A stretch of DNA of 64,000 nt, from assembly GCF_009914755.1 (NCBI RefSeq), contig NC_060928.1, one strand, 5' to 3'. The position numbers were made by a program, and so were the translations under genes. Under the pieces are notes generated by a model, which saw only the letters and a program-made list of their open reading frames with translations, did not search any database and had not been told where the DNA came from. Within the stretch, counting starts at the first letter, position 1. The number at the start of each line of letters is the position of its first letter. The stretch comes from the human T2T-CHM13v2.0 reference genome, Homo sapiens. Positions 26,780-38,825 of this stretch are shown here, in pieces.

Positions 26780-28589
26780 ACAAGATAAGGGGAATAAAAG
26801 AAATACAGTTAGGTTCCAGATATGCAATTAAAAAAACTGGGATTTTATTTGTACATATATAGGAAATAAATGGCTGGGGTTTATTTTATGGGTGAGGTTA
26901 TTCTACTCCTAGAGGGAACTGTAGTAGACCGAGTTATCTTTCATTATAGTGTCACAAATTTCCTAGCCAAAGTTTGAGGGCTCAGAAAAAAAATAAAAAA
27001 CAAAACAACCCAAAAACTTCATATAGCTTTTCTTACTTGAAATTTCATTTTGACGTTAAGACTCAGTTCACTCTGAGGGAAAAAAAAAAGTAGCTTGGAC
27101 ATGAAAATATCACATTAAATTAGGCTCTTCTTGGCCTCTCGGGAGATGATAGAATTAGAATTTTCTCTGAAAACATGTAATAATTTGAATCTTAGAGGTA
27201 AGGAAGGATATTCAGGAAATATATGAAGTCAGTATAGTAGATGTAGGATACTCTCTTCCTTTGGGGATTCATTCCATTTACGGCAGCACTCAGCTCCCTT
27301 TTGAACCCAGGGACATTCATCATCTAGGGCTTGCCATTCCTGGGTTCAAATATTCTCAGGAGCACGTGTCCTGGGATTTCCTTATCAGAGTTGGGTCTTC
27401 CACCTTGACCCTCTATACAGGTTCTCTGCCTGTCCCTTAGGGCTTAAGACTCTGGAGTGAATGTGAGTCTACATTTGTATCTCCCTACTTGTTCAGGCTT
27501 TCAGTTTTAGACCAACTACCTTTTTGGCCTACGGAAAATTGAACTACATCTTCTTGGAGCTTCCCTTTATTACTTTTCTGAGGCTGTGCCATAGTTCTGG
27601 ATTAACATTACAAAGTACCATGGACTGGTGTTAAGATTTCCTGGCTTATTATAGTCAAAATCTTAAGCTCTTTTGGAAGAGTGGGGTTTGAAATAAGATG
27701 GATACACAACAGGAAAAGATTTTCCTGACTGGGAGAAAGTTAGTAGGAAAGAAAAATGGACCATAATAAGCCAGGAAATCTTATCACAAGCCTTTCTTTG
27801 TTTGAGTCTGTTGCCTGCTTGAGTGGAGGCAAAGGACATGGAAAAGACAGAGATAACAAATTAATAATGCAAATGTCTTCCTGCCACATTTTCCCACCAC
27901 TCCCAATCAATGATGATGTTTCTGTATGTCTACCTCCAAAAGGGAACACTAGCTAGTCTTTTAAACAGTACCATCTAAGTGAATATAGTCATTCAAAAGG
28001 GTGAGGGAAGCCTTTTGAGCTCCTACAATCCTCTTCCCTGACATATGTATCCACTTCTATAGTGGCCTTTTGGAGAAAATTCCTGTTTTCCTGGTCATTC
28101 AAAGAAGTGAGTTCAGTGATATGCATTTCAATCTAGGTAGAATCAAAGGAAAATAATGAGGCAGATGAGGGTGTGTGGAGCAGTGTAAAATTATCTAGTT
28201 ATAATACTTAACTAGTGGATTACTCACCTCTTGTAGAATAGGGTCTGTCAATGTGTACACATTGATGTGAATCATAAAAATGCTGATGTTAATATTGCTT
28301 TACAATATCTGAGCACTTTTCTATCTACAATTGCATTTGAACCTGGATTCTACTCATAGAACATTGCCATGAAAAAAATTTACTTGTCTTTTCTTCCCTT
28401 ACAATATAGGATTCCTAATTAAAAATATAATGAGCAGATGCAATTACTTGTCCCCAAAACATTCAAGAAACAGAGAGCTCACTGCTTCATGATGCCAAGT
28501 ATTTTAAATGTACAGCTCTAACTGTTCAAAAGAATTTATGTTTTTACCAGAGCTGATAGCTATCATCCATAAATTTCATTCACTGGCCT

Positions 28590-28790
28590 CAATGTGGAGC
28601 TTAGAGAAAAAGAGAGCCAATCTTTGGAGTCAGGTGCACATGGGTCAAAAGAGTAACTTAAAGATTTACTGTGTATGATTTTTGAGAAGTGGCATGAACT
28701 CTCCAAGTAACACTGGGTGATCTGTAAAATGCTGGTAATCATACTGACCACAGAGGATTTTTCTGAGTACTAAAAAAAATGTTGAAGCAT
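28590..28790 (+). mobile_element. MIR SINE
   Basis: 'ctttggagtcagg...atctgtaaaatgctggtaatcatactgaccacagagg'. Confidence 0.6.
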
Positions 28791-30706
28791 AAGCCGTTAA
28801 ATGATAGTAGTTTACTTAATCCTCTCCCAGTAGAGGGAACTTGATGATGAACTTCACCGATTGCTCTGTATTGTATTACACCAGTTTTCCATTCAGGCTC
28901 CAAGTCACTGCTTTCACTGTGAGTGTGTCTGCTTCAGTTAGCATTCTCCCCACTCATGTAGCATTTCAGACTTGCTAAAACCATGCCACAGATAATCTCA
29001 CACCTTACAGCTGAGGGTTGATTAAAAGGCAACATGCTCTGAATGAGGGTCTAGCCAAAGTCCATGTGTAGTTCAGGTTTAAGTTTTGTGGACGTTCTTT
29101 CCCTGGCTCAGAGTTCCTTCACTTTTATTTCTGAGCTCCACTAGGTTTTAAATTATTGGTCTTATTAAATGCTTGATAGTTTCTTCTACAACCTGTTCCT
29201 CCTTCTGCATACAACATCACTATGCATAGCATCAATATCTTCCCAGTTACTTGTGCCAGAAACTGGGAATCATACTTGCATTCACGCTTAGCCTAAATAC
29301 CACAATCAGAGTAGGTTCTGTCAACACAACCTCTCAATTGTATTTTATATCCATCCTTCCTCTCTGTCTCCCCTGCCACCTGGTCTAGATTTGTACCATC
29401 CCTCCTTGGAACTATTGTAGGGCTTCCCAAATGGATTATTTCAAGTTAACTGAAGAACTTATAAAATTGAATTATAACCTAGCCTTTATTTAAGAAAACT
29501 GGGGTTTCTGTAATATATTTAGGAAGACCTCTATACCACTGCTGTCTGTCTTTCTTTTGATTATTAAAGTAGTAAGTTTCCAGTTACCTGGAAAATTCAG
29601 TAATGTGGAACCTGTCATTTAACTGTGATGAACAAAAAAGAGGACTAATATAGTGCATTTATTCAAGATTGATTTTTGCGAAAGATTGTTCCCATTTGTA
29701 GTTTGTACTTCTGACTCATGGAGTCTCTCTTTTTGTTCTGGCTGCTTTGAAAAGCCAAGCAAAAGTTCCTTCAAGCCCAGCAGTTAATTGTCACAGTGAT
29801 GCCTCTTTGATGACTCGATATTTATTTTAAGAGGAACTGCATCCCGTTGGGCCTGCCAGGATGAGTTAGCTGCGAAATGCATTCCTAAATAGCCAAATGA
29901 TTCAGCGCAGAAACCCATATATAAAATTGACTTTGTAATGCAGCTACATGTCTCTCTGTTGGAAAGTCTGTCTATTTCAGTTCTGTGCTTTATTTTATAA
30001 TTCAATATTGCATATGAATAGGTAATGGAGGGAAGCTTTCCTGCCTCACAAAACCCATGTTACGACCAATATGTCGTTAAGACTTCACCCAGTTACTTGG
30101 AAGCTTCCTTTGACGAGGAGAGCTCAGTTATATGGAGGTAAATGTATCTGAAAATATTCACAATTTCACACTGCAGTTTGCAAATAACAACTAGGATGCT
30201 CTTGAACCGAGAAACCCCCAAGAGGATGCAAACCTCCTTTGCATCAATAAAGTAAAACAGCTTCTTATCAGAGGCTGACTTTTGCTTACAGCTAGAAATC
30301 TGGCTAAACCCAGTTTCTAACCACTTAGAGACTTCAAATAATTCCCAAATTATACCTTCCTTCAAAGGGAATATGCTTTAAATCAAGTGTTTAATGTTAG
30401 GAAAATAATAATTCACATACTTGCACACCTTAGCAGCCTGTTTTAATTTAGAAACAAAGAGAACAGAGAACAGCACAGATTGTGCTTTGGTCCCAGCCTC
30501 CCCACTTCCCCCAAAAGTACTCAGGAAATATGCTTCTTTTTAAAGAATAAGAACTTAATCAGCACTGAACCCCACAGTGACTCAACTGGGCATTTTCCTC
30601 AACAAATAGTAGATTAAGGATAAAAATGTGGTGTTTTTCTGATATAGGCCTAGTGATGTAAGGTTGCTGTTTACAAGGTCCAGAGTACCACTTGGTTTTC
30701 ATTAAA

Positions 30707-30709
<3 letters not shown>

Positions 30710-30747
<38 letters not shown>
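30710..30747. repeat. (TG)19 microsatellite
   Basis: Read directly. Confidence 0.95.
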
Positions 30748-30748
<1 letters not shown>

Positions 30749-30794
30749 TGGCTAATTTAAGGTGTCAACTTGACTGCAGAACTCAACTAATACA
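30744..30794 (+). mobile_element. MLT2 (ERVL) LTR reduced to its two termini (51 bp)
   Basis: The MLT2 5' end 'tgtgatggctaatttaaggtgtcaacttgactg' is fused to the MLT2-like 3' end 'agaactcaactaataca'. GTGTG lies on both flanks. Confidence 0.75.
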
Positions 30795-31429
30795 GTGTGT
30801 TTCATTCCATTACTACCAAAGCAACCAAAGGCTATCAATGGACTGGGCATTTATATCTCCATGGCTCCCTGTATTCTGTGGACCACCTGAGAATTCTGGG
30901 GGGAAAACAATCCTTGCATTGACAAAATGTGTGATGTGGGTGGGATGAGAGATACAGCGTGCTGCCAAGGATGGCCCATCTTAATGAGAGTTGTGGGAGA
31001 GAACAAGGTCAGTGCTCCAGATATTCAGGTAGATAGGAACCCGCTTTCTCTCCTATGTATCTTTATAGTCATTCAAATTATTTTTCTGCATTCTGTGGTT
31101 TATTTAAGAAACCCCAGATGAGAAAGGCTGGTTGAGAATCAGGATGCACCATTTCAAATGTTGTCATTTCACAAAGTTATAAAATTTTGAGAAAGCCAAT
31201 TAATTACATTTATTACCATTTTCTTTATCTGTGAAACACATAAGAAGGGCTGGTTGATTTCTGAGATGGCTTAGTGCTCAAAGAACCTGAGGTGAGTGAG
31301 AAGGGTGGAGGAATGCAGAGTGATTATTCAGACCAATGACATGCTCAGGAGTTTTGTACCTTCACAGTTCAAACTTTTTGTATGTATTTTTACACTGGAA
31401 TACTTTTTTTCCTAGATCAAAGCAAGAGA

Positions 31430-31595
31430 AAGAAAGTGCCATAGAATCTAGTTCAGTCTTGTGGCCAACCTTTGAATTTCTTCTAAAATACTTTTACTAA
31501 ATAACTACATATTCCATACTTGAATGCCTCTAGTTACAGAACACTCATAATCAGCAAATTTATTCACTCCATTTTTGAAGCATTTTCTAACCATT
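31430..31595 (-). mobile_element. L3/CR1 LINE fragment (left part)
   Basis: 'cttgaatgcctctagttacagaacactcataatc...ccatttttgaagcattttctaa' resembles antisense L3. Confidence 0.5.
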
Positions 31596-31639
31596 TTGCC
31601 CTATGTAATATGTTATTTTTTTCAGCTCTATAATAGGAC

Positions 31640-34600
31640 TACAAAATGAGGTTACATTTTTTTATACAAAATAATCTCTCCAAAGATGGTCTAGTTACTG
31701 GAAACTCACCCTTCTCAGTGCTTTCACTCCTTTCTCCTGATACTGTCTCATATAGACTTCAGACAACCCTTGGAATCTTCTGTGTCAACAGACTTAACCT
31801 ACCATGGTGCAAGTTACCATGTTGTCTGGGAGAGAGGCAAGCTAATGCCTGGCTTCCATACGAGAAGCCTAGTACCAGGGTCATACATGGTGCCCCTGGA
31901 AAGAAAATGTTGTTTACAACTATAACCAACTCACACCAATTGGGACCCACATCAGTAGGGGCACATAGGCTGGCAGTGCCTCCAACATGGGTCCTTGGAT
32001 AACTAATAGGCATTAAAGTTTCCAGTTCAGCTTAAATAACTGAGTCTAGTTCTTTATCATGGACAGACTACCTGAGAATAGTTAATCCAATTTGTTCTGT
32101 TTGTCCACACCATCAGCTGGGTGGCATTCATCCACCCCATGAAATTACTGTGCAACTGCTTTGGTAATGGAGGGGGGGAAACATCTGGAGGTGTTGGTGG
32201 GTGTTATGAGTGGGAGGCATGGGAACTGGGACCCTCTTCTGCTGTTTCTGATAGACTTCTCCGTAAGGTTAAGGTGAGTGGTGGTCAAATTGTGCTGGGA
32301 GCTCTCTGGTAGACACAGCAGTTAATCTACTTGCAATACTTTGAGAGAGCTGTATCAGAATGTTTTCTTTAATGGTTTTTGTACAGGGTGTTTTCTTCCT
32401 ACAAGTGGATTTGAAGGACAGATGATCATTAATGTCCCCCTCTCTCTCTTATGTACCTCCATCAGTTTAAGTTGCTGAGCACTGGGGTTGTTACTCTCTC
32501 TTCACTGATCCAAAATCAGTGTGCCCATTCCAAGAGCTATAGCTTCACTTTTTCTCCAGTCATCCCCTATTCACACTGAGATTTTTGTTAGAAACAGTCT
32601 ATTAAAAAGGGTGAAGAACACTTTTATAAAATGTAGAGACACTAATTATGTACTCCAGTCATGGGCCACCATAGAGGAACTCAGTGAGACATGTATTCAT
32701 TATCTTTATGATCTAGGGCCATGTCAATACGACAGGAGAATCCAGGTGGATGAACTAGAATGAGCTCTGAATTCTTTAGGTGTCCTTTTGGTAAGGTACC
32801 TTAAAGATATATCAACTAGATTTTGTTAGAGTTGCTGTTAAGGGAAAAAAAAAATTGTCAAGCTTAGGAATTGTCAGGCTAGAATCCTGAATTTTCAAAG
32901 TAGGTCTATATAATACCTGCCACTTTCTTCCTGACAATTACTGACAATTACCCAAAAGGAGCTAAAAGGAGATAATACCTTTCTGTGGAAAGGCTGTATT
33001 CAGTGACCAAACTGTCTTCCTAATATGTATGGATTTGGAGGTGTTGAGAGAGGTAGAGTCAGAAAGCTTTTTGAGTCCATTTTGGAGGCTGTTCCAAACA
33101 TTGTGTACCGATGTTAGATTGTAAATTGTACAGAAAGCTGAAAACATGACATGGATTAATTTTACAGGTCATAATGGTATGGCTAAAGTTGGATAATTGG
33201 GTACAGCTACTCATAATCTGAAAAAGTATTGACAGTGATGAGGCATCATTAATCATCTTGCAAGGGGTTAAAGTTCTGACACACTCAATCTACGGAGAAC
33301 AGATGGGGACCACCGCCTGTGAAATATGGTCTTTCCAACTGCAAGAGAAATTGGTCAACTTTGGGTAGAATTCATATCTGGTATGCAGTAGTGGTCTGTG
33401 CCTCAGAAACAAGGGATCCTTGACTTTGTGCCCAGTCTGTGATGGTGGATGCATTGTCATGTCCAGTACTATGAGAGATCCAGGCAGCACTAGTGACAAA
33501 CTGGGCTTAGTTAGCAGCTTGATTCCAGTTGATCTCATCATAGAGCTATCCCTTGCCATAAGGGTCATCTACACGAGTGACTCAGATGGTTTGGTGAGCA
33601 GCTGTGATTTGTCTCCAGAGTTTGTAGCCCAAACAAGGTATATCTTTCATCTGCCAACCTATGGTTTTCCAAGTGGCAGACAAAGGTTATTGAAAACAGG
33701 AGCCACTAGCTCAAGGATTAGTAGGAGTTGAGAATGGCCTTGAGTTTTGTTCAGGGAGCCAACTGACCACATCTACTTTCTGTTCTATATGGCTGGAGCT
33801 GAGATTTAACAACTGCAGTAGCCAGTGAACATAATTGGGTTTCAGTTTAGATGAACTATTAGTAAACCAGGCCCAAGCATTTAAGGGAACTTTAATGTAT
33901 TGAGGGCCCTATTGAATCAGCAGCTTTGTGGAGTATAATGTTTCTCCTGAAGGGATAACTTTCACTTTTTAATGAAAGTTTGAGATGCTGCTTGGGCCAG
34001 ACTGATTACATTACTGAATATACCATTTCAATTTCATAAGCAAATTTTGTTGGGCCTTTTCTACCATGTTGGCTATTTATTTAAAGTTGAATCACTCTAA
34101 AATGGCAATACCAGCCTGGAAAGTAACAAGGATTCTATGGGTCAGGAGTTCATTTATGTCAAGAGCCCAAGAGCAAGTTGAAAGACACTTTATGAAAGAT
34201 GTCTACTTGGTAGACTTCAGAGGCAATGACTTCAAACCTAAGAAACTCCTCTGAATTGAGGTTACCATGGTTTGCCTGAGGCTTCACTTGGCAAAAATCA
34301 TCAGTCACAGAGATCTTTAGTGTTAAAGGGATCACTGAGACCATGGGTCCCCAGAGATATTACCATTTCTTTATACGCAGTTCTTCTCAATCAGGAGAAT
34401 CGCCTCAGGCACTTATGGGATGAGGAAGTATAAGCATATAGTACAACACTTTCTCTTACATATTCAAATGAAGAAGCAAAAAAAAAAATAAAAATAAAAA
34501 TAAAAACACTAAATTGGCCCAAAGGCATTATCCACAAGGTCATGTTCACTTTCCTTCCTCACTCTTAACCCAACTCAAACTCAATCATTTGAATGCTGGT

Positions 34601-35752
34601 AGGCCCTCTTGTCATGGGACTGGATTTGATGGTGAATTTAGCACCTTTATCCAAAAAAAGCCGTGAAAGTTTGTGACTGTCTTCTCCCCAGAGTTTTACT
34701 ACATACTCAATGGATATGACTTTCAGTCTCCTTTGGGAACAGGGAGAGCTTTGATCTACCCCAATGATCTTTATGTTTAGAGTAGTTAAGATCAGGGTAG
34801 AAGGGGATAGAGGGCTAGGGGTCCATGGGGAGGAAATGCTTCTGTGCCAGCTAACAAGACTTTGCATTACTTTCAATTTTGAGTGACATAGCAGCAGCTC
34901 TTGCTTCAGTTAAACAAATTTTCAATGTTTCCAGCCCATATAGTACTTTAGGTGATGAGGTCAACATTATTGACATCATCTACTTCAGCTTTGGTGACTG
35001 CTTTTCTTAGCAGCCACAACCACATTGCTTTCTGAGTAGATCTACCAGGTTTGCACACTGTGGCTGACTTGGGCTTGACTCCTACAACCCTTATTCTTTT
35101 ATTTTATTTTGTTTTATTTATTTATTTAGAGGCATTCACCTTAATCTGAGGCACTTGCTAACCCATTAACAAGATAACATCTTGTAAGTTCTTGCCCAGT
35201 TTCAACATAAGAACTACAGGGAGCTTTCCAGGACAGTGGTGCTAACTGCAAGAATTTAATCTGTTTTTTGGGGTCAGTGTCTCATTTTCCAATAGGCCAT
35301 TTTTATCAGCACTGTAACCCCAATCTGATCAATAAGAGCCCTACTATTAGTGCTTCATCTGTGGTTTTCCACAGGACTTTGTCTGTTTCATGGAAATCTG
35401 CCTGAGAGGGACAAAGCTCTCTTATACAAGCCAGGATCCATTAAAAAAAATCTGAGCATTTTTACTATCAGCTCTGATGGATCTCAGATGGCATGAAGAT
35501 AAATTGCATCAGGCAATGAACTATAATACTTCCTATCTGTTACCATCCTTCTTTGTCAAGCAGTACATACTCTATTCCCTTATCTCCCAAGACGAGCAGC
35601 CAAAGTTCTCATGAAATGCCAGTTTTCTGACTTCAGTGGTCAATAATTCCCTCTTTTACCCCTCAGTGTAAGTTCATGTCTCTGTAATCCTTGTCTAAAA
35701 GGGGACAGAACCTTCTTCTGAGGTAGGGCAAACCTTAGACTGGTTGCTACAG
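31640..35752 (-). mobile_element. Decayed class III (ERVL-type, HERVL74-like) endogenous retrovirus internal region: gag - partial pol - env remnant
   Basis: Minus-strand translation gives: gag WILACIRELCPSQADF..LWKTTDEAL (~35350-35440); RT GPTSIQMIEF (~34580-34610); RNase H AWAWFTNSS (33852-33878) and TI*VTRVDDPYGK (~33550-33590); integrase AAWISHSTGH (~33460-33490), CLITVNTFSDY (33213-33245), LQSNIGT (~33105-33125) and VWSLNT; env-like motifs at 31650-32400. There are many stops and frameshifts. Confidence 0.85.
31650..32400 (-). pseudogene. Retroviral env remnant (SU region)
   Basis: ENILIQLSQSIASR followed, with a frameshift, by NCCVYQRAP (degenerate NCWVC; 32309-32320) and a nearby NLT sequon. 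The ORF-track peptide 31759-32013 LCAP...GFSYGSQALACLSPRQHGNLHHGRL resembles the SU C-terminal G-x-x-F-x-C-G-x-x-A-x-x-C-L-P pattern. It lies immediately 3' of pol. Confidence 0.6.
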
Positions 35753-35862
35753 TGTTACAGTAGGGTGGACCTGACCCTGATCACCAGATTGGCCCTCCTC
35801 AAGCCTAGGGGACAGATGGCAACAACGAAGGCACTTTACAGGAAGTTCCAGGGTTTTTATTT
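35753..35862 (-). mobile_element. 3' end of the 5' LTR of the provirus (MER74/MER54/MER73-like)
   Basis: 'tgttacagtagggtggacctgaccctgatcaccagattggccctcctcaagcctagggga...gtttttatt' resembles the antisense MER74-group LTR end and abuts the gag leader. Confidence 0.6.
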
Positions 35863-36340
35863 ATTCATTCATTCACTTACAAACACTTAGTGTGTATCTA
35901 CTAATGCTAGGCACTTTTCTATGTGCTAGGAATTTAGCAGGAAACAAAATAGATAAAAATCTATTTGCAGAATAAAAGCTCCAAGTAAGTAAATTACAAC
36001 ATATATTGGAAGGTGGCAAAGGCTGTGAAGAAGAAGCAGAAGGAGGAAAGAAAGGGAGAAGGGGAGGAGAAGAAGAAGAAGGAGAAGAACAAGAGGAGGA
36101 AGAGTAGGGAGGAGAGAATGGGATGGAAGATGAGGAGAAGAAGGAGAAGAGAAAGAGTGGGAAGAGGAGTGAAAATGAGAATAGTATACTAGAATTCAGG
36201 TGTGGAGAGGGGGTGGGGGCATGATGTGGTGAGAGCAGGGTGTAGCTTAGTTGAGGTCTGGACAGCTTGGTTGACAAGGCGAGAATTCAGTCAAGAATTG
36301 AAGGATTGGTAGTTAGGCAAACTGAATTGTATGGAAAGAA
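35860..36340 (-). mobile_element. L2 inserted into or abutting the ERV LTR, with GA-rich low complexity at 36025-36180
   Basis: 'ttattcattcattcacttacaaacacttagtgtgtatctactaatgctaggcac' is the antisense L2 3' end. Confidence 0.7.
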
Positions 36341-36829
36341 CATTTCATTTCCTATCGTCTACCCATGACCTAGAACAGTGCCTGATACACAGTAGCTCAA
36401 TGAAAACTCACTGAATGAATGGAAGTGCAGGCACCATCTGTTGAGTCCTGTTCTTTGTTCACAGACTGACATGAAAATTCCACATTTTATCTTTGTTCAG
36501 TTTCCAACTCTCCTGTGAGCAAATCGATAAACACGAACACATAAACCCAATGATCAAATACTTTTTAGTTGTAAGCAGAACATTTAATGGTTCAATCTGG
36601 AATATTTTAACTGATCTGGTTTCCCTTAGGAACAACAAGCAGATTCTTATTTTGCACCTACATGACTAAAGGAACTCACTAGAGGGATTCCCTCCCTCAA
36701 CAAAAGGTGGATCTGTTCCAAAGACAAATTTCATTTTCTAACTAGAATGCAAAAATTGCTGGTAGACCCAAATTGCAGATTTCTAATTTCAAAAAAAATG
36801 TGATTGAGACTCCATCTACTGTCTATTAC

Positions 36830-37560
36830 ATTAAGCCAACATATGTCTCCCTAAATTTTGCCCATGGTCCCAATCCTACTTTTGGGGCCATTAAAATGAG
36901 TAGAATCCCTCTTTTATATATTGATGCTAAAATGTTTGAGGCAGACTGAGATCTTCCCTGCGTTTTCTCTTCTCCTGGAGTAAGTAACTTCAACTTAAAA
37001 AAAAAAAAGATTTCATTTAAGACATTGGAATTTCTCCACTATCTTATAAAATGTCCTCTAAAAATGTTCTAATTTGCCTTAAATTGTGGTACTTACAATT
37101 GAGTAAGTACACTAGGTGTGTTTTGAGCAGCACAGAGAGAAAAAATATTTCCATCTCATTTGTTCAAGATATATTTTTATTCATGTAGCTTAAGATCACA
37201 TTCGCTCTTTTAGGGTAGTTTCATCTCCTCATAAATAATTATTGAAATTATTTCCAGCTAAAACAATTGTTGTTTTCAGCTGTGCTCTGCTAAGCCAAGT
37301 TGTCCCTGTGTTCTACTTGTGTAAGTTGTTTATAAGAGAACCCCAATAGTAACTTTACACTATTTCCTATTAAATTTTAACTCACTAGATTTAATTACAA
37401 TGCTTCGTTCTGTCAAAATATTTTTAATTTTGGTTTCATCACCCAATGTATTTGATTTGTTATTTTACCCAAGTTTCATCTTACTGTCATATTAGATCAG
37501 TTGGTCTTTCTAATGATTATTCAAGGTAGTGAATTTAAAATTTACACGAACAGAAAGCTT
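36830..37560 (-). mobile_element. L3/CR1 LINE fragment (right part)
   Basis: 'gcccatggtcccaatcctactttggggcc...ttctcttctcctggagtaa...aaattgtggtacttacaattgag...gagcagcacagag' is antisense L3. Confidence 0.65.
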
Positions 37561-37599
37561 TTTGAAGTAAACTGTTACACAGTATTCTAATATATAAAG

Positions 37600-37950
37600 A
37601 TTGTCCTTGTCAGTATAATTTTATTTTGCAAGTTAAATTATTAATATTTATTTATTATGAAGACCTTCATATTAGCTAAATGAGGCAGTTATTGTTGAAC
37701 ACAAAATTTTCAAATCACTGTTTATGGATGACAGCTGAAATCAGATCAATCTCATGATCTAATGTACTTGAATATTTTATTTTGGTTGCACAGTATTGTG
37801 AATATTGTTACTGAAACAGAAGTAGTTGCAGTAGTCTCTTTGGTTGGTTGATTTTTAACTCCATTGTCTTTGCAATCTCAAGATATCTTTTTTTAATGAA
37901 ATAAGATGTTTGAGAGAATATTAGAATTTTTTGTTTAAAGCAAAGTACAA
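37600..37950 (-). mobile_element. hAT-Charlie transposase C-terminal remnant
   Basis: Minus strand 37691-37785 reads KIKYSSTLDHEIDL / FQLSSINSDLKILCST, resembling the hAT dimerisation-domain tail (K.KYR.RLD.E.D.R.QLSSI.P). Confidence 0.6.
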
Positions 37951-38219
37951 GTAATTTTTACAACTGTTCTCAATAACTTATTCAACAAATATTTCTTGAG
38001 AATCTCCTATGTGACCAGCACTATTTTATCTGCTGTGGGCCGAGTGATGTATAATAGAAAAAAGTAACTGGCTCTTGGTACCTACATTCTAACGATGTGA
38101 GACAGAAAATAAACACATGCACATATAGATATGTGTGTACATGTGCACATAAATTGATGTAGTTCAGTGTGTGTGTATATATGCATATTGTATGTGTGTG
38201 TATGGGGATGTTATATTGT

Positions 38220-38825
38220 AAAACCCAAACCTGCGTCTGTGCAGTACGATAGGGCTGGAGAAAAAATACACAGTTTATGGACTCTTCTCACTTTATACTC
38301 ATGTCCATTAAACTTGAACAATACTACTTGGTGGTTATATCACATTTCCCCAGTCCACTCTTCTACTTTTCTTGAGGACTATTTTGCACCTTCTTTTCTC
38401 TTCTCAATCATGAACAGTTTTCCCATTCTCACTTGCAGCCAAAGACTGTGCTTCCTACTTCTCTGAGAAAATAGAAGTTATCAGATGATAGGATTTGTAG
38501 TGTGTCAATATCTACTCACCTTTCAATTTTTGTTTTCACTATAGCCTGCGTATTTCATAGATGAAAGAGCCATGCTCCTATTTAATGCCAACCCATCTAC
38601 TTGTTCCCTAGATGCCATCCCCTTTTGCCTATTCAAAGACCTGTTTTCAGCAATCCTTCTTTATTTTTCCTACGTTTGCTTTCTACTGGATTAGTTTCTC
38701 CCATCAGTCCTCCTTTTGATATCACTTCCTCAAACAGCTACTGCTTCATTTCTTTGCTCTCCTTTGAAACAGAATTCCTCAAAAGTATTTTCTATTCTCA
38801 TAATCTCTAGTTCTTCTTCTTCAAT
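38220..38825 (+). mobile_element. L2a fragment (5' piece of an interrupted copy)
   Basis: Pyrimidine-rich L2 ORF-like sequence ('ggctggagaaaaatacac', 'gccaacccatctacttgttccctagatgccatcccc'). The 3' piece resumes at 40765. Confidence 0.65.

Noticed and set aside
31640-35752. Considered an endogenous bornavirus-like or foamy-virus insertion
   Set aside because: The RNase H, integrase and gag motifs are ERVL-type. I found no mononegaviral GDNQ motif, no poly(A)/TSD signature and no foamy Env similarity.
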